Shown: one piece after another, positions 55,211 through 64,000 of the stretch
Layout: each line of letters opens with the position of its first letter
Position numbering within the stretch: position 1 is the stretch's first letter
NCBI RefSeq assembly: GCF_009914755.1
Contig: NC_060927.1
DNA length: 64,000 bases
From: the human T2T-CHM13v2.0 reference genome, Homo sapiens
Direction: 5' to 3' (one strand)
Position numbers and translations under genes: made by a program
Notes under the pieces: generated by a model
What the model was told of the DNA's origin: nothing
Databases searched by the model: none
What the model saw: only the letters and a program-made list of their open reading frames with translations

Positions 55211-56764
55211 TCAGTTCCCTGCGAAGGGAGGTCAGGAGGCATGCTTGTAAGCTGCCTGCTTGGGAGCAAGGCCATCTCCTAGGGATATTCTGAGGGGAAC
55301 TGGGGCCTGCTCTCAGGAGTGTGGCTGGCCGCTGTCAGGAGGACTGAGCATCTCCAACACTAAGAAACGCTGAGTGCAGTGCCTCGTCCAGCCTTCCCTC
55401 TGCACTCCACCTGGAAGTGGAACTCTAGGATCAGCACAAAGAGCAGAAGCATCTGTTAATGCCTCCTTGGCCCAAATGCACAATGTCTGTAGATCTGATG
55501 CAGAGAACCACCCCCGCCTTCAGTCTGAGCAGCCGCACTGGATCCTCAGGGCATAACGTTGTCCCTTAACCCTGGAATTCCCTCCCAGCCTCGGATTTCC
55601 CAGCTTTTGGGTTGTCCTTGGATTTTTTCTACTCTTCTACTCTGTTACAGAGAATTGTAGCAATCCACACCATCAAGACCCTGTACAATCTTATTCAGGG
55701 GTCAGATCACTAGTAAGTAGCAGAATTAGAATTAAACTTCATGTCCCTTGATTTTTAAAAAAAATTCTGTTGTGCTATGCATTTTGTTTTCAAACTCTTT
55801 AGATAGTCATTTAGTCAAATATGTTTTTGCAAATGTAAAAACCAACTACCCAGCAGCACCAAGGCAGGGCTGGCTGCCTAGCCTTTGTGCAGATAGTGGT
55901 GCCACCCAACTGGACGGCCCTGCCTCCTCCCACACCCTGCCAGTGGAGTGATTACGGCAGTAGATTTCCTTGTCGATCCTGTTTACTCCCAGCACACTGT
56001 GGAATTCCCTCCTTGTCTGCCCTCACATGACTTCTATCCATCTAGGTTAAATGCTGTTCTGTACTTTGCAGCCATTTGAAGCTCTCTACCTTCCTTTCTG
56101 CTTTAACACCCTCTCCCTGGCCTCAGGTTGGCTCCAGGGGATCCCATCCTGGTCTGCAGGCCCTGGGTCTAGGTAGGATGAGATTTACCTTTCACGTACC
56201 ATAGCATAATTTTAAAAATTGTTTTTTACACATCACTTTAAATGGGACTTTGATCTTTTGCCTTTAACTGTTGATCAGGCGTTTCTTCCATGAAGTTTTT
56301 CTTGAATAATCACATTTCTCTGAACACTTTTTCTGTTATCTTCTTATATACCAAAACACAAACCCTTCCCTCATACTGTCTCCTACAGGGACAGTGTTAC
56401 AGAGCTGCCTTTCACCCCTGGTTAGCCCCTCCTCTTACAAATCACTGGGTACATTTGGTTAGCCCTGTAGTCTTCAAAAATTCCTGTGTGTGCCCTTTCC
56501 AGGAAACTATAGGCTAAAACCCCTTGTATGTGTCTCCTCTGGGGCTCCCCTGTCAAGGTCCACCATAGAGGTGGGTCATTCCCACCCAAACACTTGTCTT
56601 GGCCACTTGCAGTGAGAAATATTTCTGGGATGATGCTCAGCACTCCCCCAAAGACTGATGGCTGATGTTTAGTATTCAGTGTGAATCACATTGTTAAAAA
56701 GCCTGTGCGGCTATTGCTAATTAACACAGCTATACGCTTATCTGTTGCTTTACTCTTTGCAAAG

Positions 56765-56830
56765 TCTGTGTGTGTGTGTATGTATACATATATACACACA
56801 ACTACATACATCGGCAGCATACACACACCC
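56765..56830. repeat. Short (TG)n/(TA)n/(CA)n microsatellite
   Basis: tgtgtgtgtgtgtatgtatacatatatacacaca. Confidence 0.7.
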
Positions 56831-58249
56831 CAGTAGTGACTGAAATGATAGACTCAGCCACAGACCCAGAAGAGGCATGGTCTAGAACACTCAGCTGTAA
56901 GCCTTGGACTCCCCATCATGGCACTAACAGAGAGAGAATGACATAGAGCGATCTTTTCTCTGCCTTCTCACAAATGCCAATACTTCTGGGAAGGTCTCAC
57001 CTAAAGCCACTCTCACTACCACTCTAATTAGCAGTTCACACTGTAGCAAGGTTTAGATGGCAGCCAGCCAGCTTCGTTAAGAAATAGGACATGGAATAGA
57101 TGTCCTAGAATGAGGTGTCTAGAAGGGGAAGGGTGGGGTGCCCTGGTGGATGAGGGAAGGAACTTGAGCTAGGATGTGAGGTGATGAGGCATGGCTTTTA
57201 GGACTGCACCTGCTGCTTCCAGGAGGCTAGGCCAGGGGCGGGAGCAGTGGACTTGACTACCTTAGGCTAGAGGTGATGAGGGCAGAGCAGTCTGGAATGT
57301 GTCACATCCAGAACGAGCCAAGAAACAGCGCCTTCATTCATACTTCAAGCAGGCATCTGTCAGACCCATGGTTGGCCAAGCATTAAGCCATCAAGGTAAA
57401 GAACTGACTCTGAGCCCAAGCGGGTCCCAGTCTAAGCCAGGGAGACAGGCATGTCAACAGATGATTGCAGTGGGAAATACCACTGAAAAGTGTGTCTTGG
57501 TACAGCACACTGGGAAGGGAATGATTAGTTTTGCCTGGGAGAGGAATGACATTATTCAGCAGAGATGACCTTGTTGTTGGGTCTCAAAGCATGAACAGGA
57601 GTTTCTTGGGTAGATAGGGAAGAATTAGCAGAGGAAAGAACATCTAGAACATCATGGAGGCTTGGAAACAGCAAGGCATTGCAGGAGAAGTGCAGCGCCT
57701 ACAGGGACAGTGCCAAGATTGTTTACTAGAGAGGGCCCGATCTCACAGGGGGTGTCTTGGATGTCAGGATGTCATGCTGCAGGAAAGGGGAACCATGCAA
57801 GTTCTCAGCTGAGAGCTGTAGAGAAGGGTTGTCCCTATAGCCACAGTCAGGGGATGGAGCAGCGGGGTGGCCAGGATGGGGGGTGTGTGAGGTGCGTCCT
57901 TGTGTTTGTCCACTCATAAGATAATAAAGACTGAATGAAAGCAGTGACAGTGAACAGAAAGGGAAGGAGTCAGGTGACAAGCAAGGAGACAGGGTTCTCT
58001 GAATTTGGTTGCAGCCTAAGATAGGGACCCATGGGATAGGAAGCAGTGGTGAATGACAGGTAGCCCTCCAGAAGCTGGATAGCTAGTGGTGTTCACTACT
58101 TCAAGAACTGCAGGAATCAGGGGCATCACGCGAGAACCAAGAGACGAGGGCATGTAACAGGAGAGTTCTGGAAGGAGAATGACTGGCAGAGGGAAAGAGG
58201 AAATATGAGTGGGATCAGATCATTGATGGAGCACAGTTCTGACCAGGGC

Positions 58250-59010
58250 CAAGCTTCCTGAGTAGATGCTGCACAGACACCATCAGATCTGAGTCTTAGA
58301 CTCCAGCCCATCCTCAGCACCTCACTCCCACTCCAGCTGCTGTCTTGACTTCCCCACCCATTGTCTCCTCTATGTTTCAAACTTAGCAGGTCCAAGCCTG
58401 TGGTGTTGTCTCATTCTGAACTGCCACTAGTGGAGATGGTATTCCATGCTCCCTCAGGGAATGACCCACCCATCTCTCTGGGCCACTGCAGCATCCTCCA
58501 GGCCTCCAGGCCTCCAGGCTGATGGCCACTTCCACTCTTTCTTCCCAGTCGACACCATTACACGGCAGCCAGCAGTCCTTCCAGAATGGATATCAGATGG
58601 GGTCCTTTCCCTGATTAAGCCCAGTGGCTCCCTACCAACTCTGGAACGGGCTCTGCGGCTTGAGGCCCAACCCTGCTGGCCCTCCCTGCATCTGTGCCTC
58701 GTGCGGTCCAACACCTTCCGACAGCGCTCATCTTGCTGCTTTACGCCGGGTGTAGTCTCATCCCAGACCTCTCCCAGTCTTGACTTACTTTTCTCGTTCA
58801 CATGATTCGGACTTCTGCCCAGTGTCAGCCGGGGGTCGGGGAGGGATGAGCCTTCCCTAGCCAGTCATTTACAACAATACCCCTACCTTGTTGTTCCTTT
58901 TCACTTTATTTAGCCTGCTGTGGTTTTGTATTTTTTCCCCCTCCATATCCAGAGCGTTAGCTCTGTGAAGGCAAGGACTTCACCTCTCTTGGTTCCTGCT
59001 GTGCTCAAGT
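58250..59010 (+). mobile_element. L2 fragments
   Basis: cagccagcagtccttccagaatggatatcagatgg...cagtggctccc..., agctctgtgaaggcaaggactt. Confidence 0.5.
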
Positions 59011-62000
59011 CTGTTTGCGTTCATTATTCATTGGATCCTCAGCACCCCTGAAAGCTAGGTAGGAGTTTTTCTCCCTGGACCAATGAAGAAGCACGTTCAG
59101 GGAAGGGGGAGTCATCATCCATGTCACAGCAGACGCTGGAACAAAGAACCCAGATGACTGGTGGGCATCTCTTTTGAGGGTATAGGGACCATGGGTGTGG
59201 GCAGAGGCATGCCTGGCCCTAGTGGAAAGTGCTGGGGGTACATATGCCCAGCAGCAGCTGCTGTTGTCTCTCAGGTGGAAACACGGTCATCTGATGGTGG
59301 GAATTCAGGGGTAACAGGTAAAGGCTGAGATAGCTAAGAAGGGGAATGGGCAAAGACGCCAACCTAGGGTCTCAGGAATTACAAGTTGCATGGAAGGTTC
59401 AGTTGAGCTGACTTTGCATTGACTGTAGTCAGGGCAGATCTCTGAATCTCTTTAGGGTCTCTGCACACTTGTTTGGGGTAAGTGAAGAACAAGACAGGAA
59501 AGAGGGGTCTCCCTCTCCAGATGACAGCACAGTAGGGCATAGCCAACTAGCCTCATAAGTTTGCTAAGAACCAGATGTGCAGCCACTTAACGAAATTAAA
59601 ATTCTCATTCATTCATTCATTGGTTGTGTAGCTGACTGCATGTCCTGAGCTTTAATTTTTTATATTGATTATTTGGACCTTTTTAAAAAGACTTGTGTTC
59701 ATTTTTCACTTATTTGTGGTTTTTACTATTTTCACATCAGAAACTCTTTCTCCAAATCCTGAATATGTTAATTTTCTTCACTTTGCTTAAAATGTAGCAT
59801 TCCTGTGAATTTTGAGAAGCTTTGGATAATTAGGCTGTTGAGTTCCAAATCTCCCCAGATGACCAGTGTTTGGCCATGTTGATAGCATCTTGGATAGGGC
59901 TTTCCTGTGTTCAATCTGTTCCTCTCAGATTTCTGGGATTTACTTGCATCATCAACCCTTGGCCCTTTTCCAACCTGCACTAATTTTGCTGGGAATCTCT
60001 CCCCTGCCCTGGGCAGCAGGATCCTGGGCTGCACATTTTTCTACGTGGAACCATGTGCTGGCATCTGCGTGGCCTTTGGTTTGTTATTTTTCTTCCCAAG
60101 GGACAGCTGGGTAGAATAGAAGGCTTGCCACTGTGTGGAAAGCCACCAGGCCTGTCCTCGGATCCTGTTGTTTTGCTTGAAGTTGTGACACCCAGAGTAG
60201 GACCCGTTGCCTTGCTGAACCTCAGTTTCTTCATCTGTCAAAGGGGCGGTAATTCTTACCTTGAAATACTGCTTTCAGCTTGCCGGGAATTGACCTGTTG
60301 GAAAATCTCTGCTTCAGTGCCTGGCCTGAGGAGGGCTGTTGAACCTTGTGAGTGGACATATCACTGTTTGATTGGAGTTTTGAATACATTGCTGGTGGGA
60401 GCAGAGCACAGTCAGTGACTGTTTGGCTCCTGCATTCTCTCAAAGCATTTGGAGAAATGTTCTCACTGCGTGGGAAAGGTTCCAGGTTCCTGATTCTCAC
60501 TCCCTTCCACCTATCTTGGCCCCACCCTCAGACTCCTCTGTGCTTTGGTCGGATTCTGTGCTACCCCCAGCTGGCTTCCACATGAGCCTCTCAGCTCTCC
60601 TTAAGCAGGGCCTGGCACAGAGTGGGAATAGTGGGAATCAGCAAACTTTCTTGGTTGACTCTATAAATAACTAGGTCCTGATCATCTTTTCAGATATTCT
60701 TAAGTGGGATCATCTTGTCGGATTTTCTGTAGTGGTTCTGACCCCTATTTCCATTTACTCAACTTTACATTGAGGGCCTGCTCTCTGCCAGGCACTGTTA
60801 CAGGCTCTGGGGATAGGTTAGTGAACAAAACAAGCTAAAGTCCCTATCTGTGTGGAGTTTACATCCCCAAGGAGACCTGACACTTCCGATACTCTCGGAT
60901 CTCTCTTCCAAATACATAGTATACTTGGTTGGTTTTTATGCATTTGAGTAGGAGATTTTTAGTTATTAAAACAGGTATTGAATATTTACTCTGTGCCAGG
61001 CACTGTTCTAAGAATTTTATATGCATTGTCATTCGATTCCCACAAAACTGCAGAAAGGAGGTTCTGTCATTGTTGTCATTTTACAGATAAGAAGCTGAAG
61101 AAACAGACCCAGAGGTCTTGACCCTTGCCTGTGGTTACACACCCGGAAGAGGTGGGTTCTGACCCTGCACAGGCGGTCTGACCACGGCATGCACACGTTG
61201 CCACTGCCCTGTGCTGCCGCTCTGTTCTTGGAATGCTCCTGAGGCCTTGGTTCTTTCTTTGCTATTAGACATAAATCCTCAAGTGCCGTGACCCTCTTAG
61301 GCTCCTTCTCTCCCGTGGCGCCCAGCACAGCCTGTGCACACCGTAGGCCGTGAATGACTGCTGTTAACTTGGGAGGTGGTTAGGGGGTGTCTTTCAGGGC
61401 TCCAGTCCAAAAGTTGCTCTCCCCAATGTCCACAGATTAGGCTCTGTTTTCTTCACATCTGTGATTGCACATGCCTTAATGCACTGGTCCCACGCTGCTC
61501 TATAGTTATGGGGGTTCCCCTCAGACCTCTGGGCCCCATGTCCTCCTCCCACCCCGCACCTGTATTCTGGCTTTGGGGCAGGGGCTGCCGGGTGATCTCT
61601 TCTGCTCAGACACATTTTGTCATCTTCCCTTCCCCGGCCTCCTCACCATGCTTCCCTCACCCTCACCCTTGCTTTTGATCTCACAGATCCAGGCCCTTGG
61701 AGAAATCAGACAGTATGAAATATGAAAACTGCTCGGGAAGTAATTGAAGAAACACTGTGACTTTGGAAACCCATGGAGATAACACTCACACCTTCTTACT
61801 CACGTTATTTAATTTTTAATGGCAGATTTAATTAATGGAGGTCAGGCCTCCTGCTTTCAGATGTGCATGTGGGGCAGCTGGAGGAGGAGGAGGGGCAGCT
61901 GTCTACAGGGCAGAGGAAAAGACTGCAAATTTGGGAAACTAAAGAGTCCGATGGGAAAGAAAATCACCCAGAAATAATAGTCCCTGGTCATTGGGTGCTA

Positions 62001-62216
62001 ATTAATGTGTGACAATTCGGTAGAGCGCACTTCAGAGAAGTTTCCCAGTGTCTCTCAGTGGGCAGCAGGGCTCCTTTACAGGCACAGTCATGCTGCCTTC
62101 CCAGGCTCTGTGCTGCAGGGTTCCAGGAGCTCTCGAGAACTGACGGCCTAGCCGGGGAGAGCTGGATGCCATCATCCACACAGCTGCCAGAATGTTCTTT
62201 TAAAAACACAAATCAG

Positions 62217-62533
62217 CTGGGCACAGTAAGTCACGCCTATAATCCCAACACTTTGGGAGGCCAAGGCAGGCAGATCACTTGAGCCCAGGAGTTTGAAACC
62301 AGCCTGGCCAACATGGCGAAACCCCCTCTCTGTAAAAAATACAAAAATTAGCTGGGCAGGATGGCACACTCCTGTAGTCCCAGCTACTGGGGTGGCTCTG
62401 AGGTGGAGAGATAGCTTGAGCCCAGAGGTCGAGGTTACAGTGGGCTATGATCACACCACTGCATTCCAGCCAGGAGCAAGGCCCTGCCTCAGGAAAAAAA
62501 AAAAAACAAAAAAAAAAAAACAAAAAAAACAAA
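62217..62533 (+). mobile_element. AluJ-like element with A-rich tail
   Basis: ctgggcacagtaagtcacgcctataatccc...cacttgagcccaggagtttg...agcttgagcccagaggtcgaggttacagtg...aaaaaaacaaaaa. Confidence 0.92.
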
Positions 62534-62789
62534 TCTTCCCTGCCCCTCCTTCACTGAAAAAGGAAAGCCTTCTTCACCCTTATTGCCCATGAGGTGCAGT
62601 CCAAGCTTTTGAGCCTGCAGCTGGCATCCTCCACGTCCCCTCCTGGGCGTTGCCCTGTGCCTCTGCAGCAACAGTGGCATCTCCTGCCCCATGCACAGCC
62701 CTGTGGCAGCCCCAGGCTCCTCGCACTGCTGCCCGTGTTCAGGAGACCTCCCTCTCATTTGGCTCATTTCTGCTCATCCTTTAAAATTC

Positions 62790-63310
62790 ATTAAAATGGA
62801 TACACCCTTTGACCCAAGAATTTGACTTATACAGTGTTCCCTACAGATACACACAAAGTTCTAGATGCCAAGATGTTCCTCTTAGCTTTGTTTATAATAG
62901 TAGAAGACTAGAAACAACCTCTGTACAAGGATGGGGAGCTGCTTGAGTGATACTCAAGGGATGACACTACAGGGTATTCATTCCTACTACTAAGTGCTGG
63001 TCAGCTGGAGTGGGTGAGGTCTCTGAGGATCAATGGAAAGATGAGGTGTGGCAGATCGTGTCTGCTGCAGTCAAGTGAGTGTCAGGAACAAGTGGGGCAC
63101 ATGTGTGTGCTCACTCACACATGTGCCCATGCATGCACAGCACCTCGCCCTGACAAGGACGGGGTGCACAGAGGAGTAGGGATAGGGCTGAGTCCAGGCT
63201 GGCCAAGAGGCTCAGTATTCACCACACACCCTCCATGCTTTCCATTTTTGTTTTTTAAAACCATATGTAAGTATTTTTCAAAAACATTGTTTAGTGTAAA
63301 TAAAAAAAAC
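62790..63310 (+). mobile_element. Old L1ME fragments
   Basis: tacaccctttgacccaagaatt...tttgtttataatagtagaagactagaaacaacct. Confidence 0.55.
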
Positions 63311-64000
63311 TCAGCCTCAGTTCAGGTATTGGCTCCCAGGAAGTCAGTCTGACCCATGGTTTCTGCCAGGCTGTCCTTTCAGGTGCCCCACAGCACCTGG
63401 GAGGACTGGCTGAGTACCCCATTGTAATTATGATGCCACCATCTCAGAGCTCCACGAGGCCAGGGAGCAAGCCACACTTGTCTCAGAACCTTCTGGCACT
63501 TGGCGGGTTCTCAGTGTGCACGTTGGTAGTGTCTAGTCCTTCTAGAAGCCCTGACCTGGTGATTGGTTGAGGAGTCCACAGAGTGCCCTGCCCTTCCCAG
63601 GAGATGGAGTCTGGGTCCACTCCAGCAGCCTTGGAAAGGCCTGGTGGATGAGCAGCTTTGTGAACACAGGAAGCCAGCTTGGTATTCCCAAGTTGTGGGC
63701 CGGAGACCTTCGAGTGCCAAGGGAGCTGCGGTTGTGAGGACATCCGTCCCTGTAGGTCTGCTTAGGCAGATTAGATGAGTGGGGTAGGCGGGTCAGGACA
63801 GGACAGGACGGGGAATTTCTCTGAGTCATTCTGAGAAACAATAGAGGAAGCTGCAGCAGGGTAATCACCGCCACTTCTTGGCCTGTGGGTACTTCCTGTG
63901 ACAAATCGAGTTGACCACATGTTCAAACTGAGCTTGCAATCAAACCCAAGCACTATCCAAATTCACCGGGGCCAGGCTGTTTCTGGCAGTATGGCATCTT

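Noticed and set aside
56811-56825. tcggcagcatac resembling the U6 snRNA 5' end
   Set aside because: The match is only ~10 nt, inside a microsatellite, and the rest of U6 is absent.

Overview
This is human-like (primate) genomic DNA, not microbial. It is almost entirely intronic sequence of CHCHD6 (MIC25, a MICOS subunit), transcribed on the + strand. The only real coding feature is one 84-nt internal exon (5108-5191, ARELESREAELRRRDTFYKEQLERIERK), which has a NAGNAG tandem acceptor. The next exon (NAEMYKLSS...) was not found in the window. The rest is ordinary transposable-element debris: Alu, L1, L2, L3/CR1, MIR, MaLR/ERVL LTRs and MER DNA transposons, several of them nested and with readable target-site duplications (TSDs). 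The standout structure is a ~4 kb, nearly G-free CCA/CCT/CAT compound tandem repeat (~13950-17930). It has zoned sub-arrays, an internal ~0.8 kb higher-order duplication, and a core unit (CCACCATCACCAC) that exactly fits the degenerate PRDM9-A/Myers hotspot 13-mer. The 829-1382 aa ORFs over it are best explained as composition artefacts. I found no convincing undescribed multi-gene system. Repeat family calls come from recalled consensus sequences and their boundaries are approximate.
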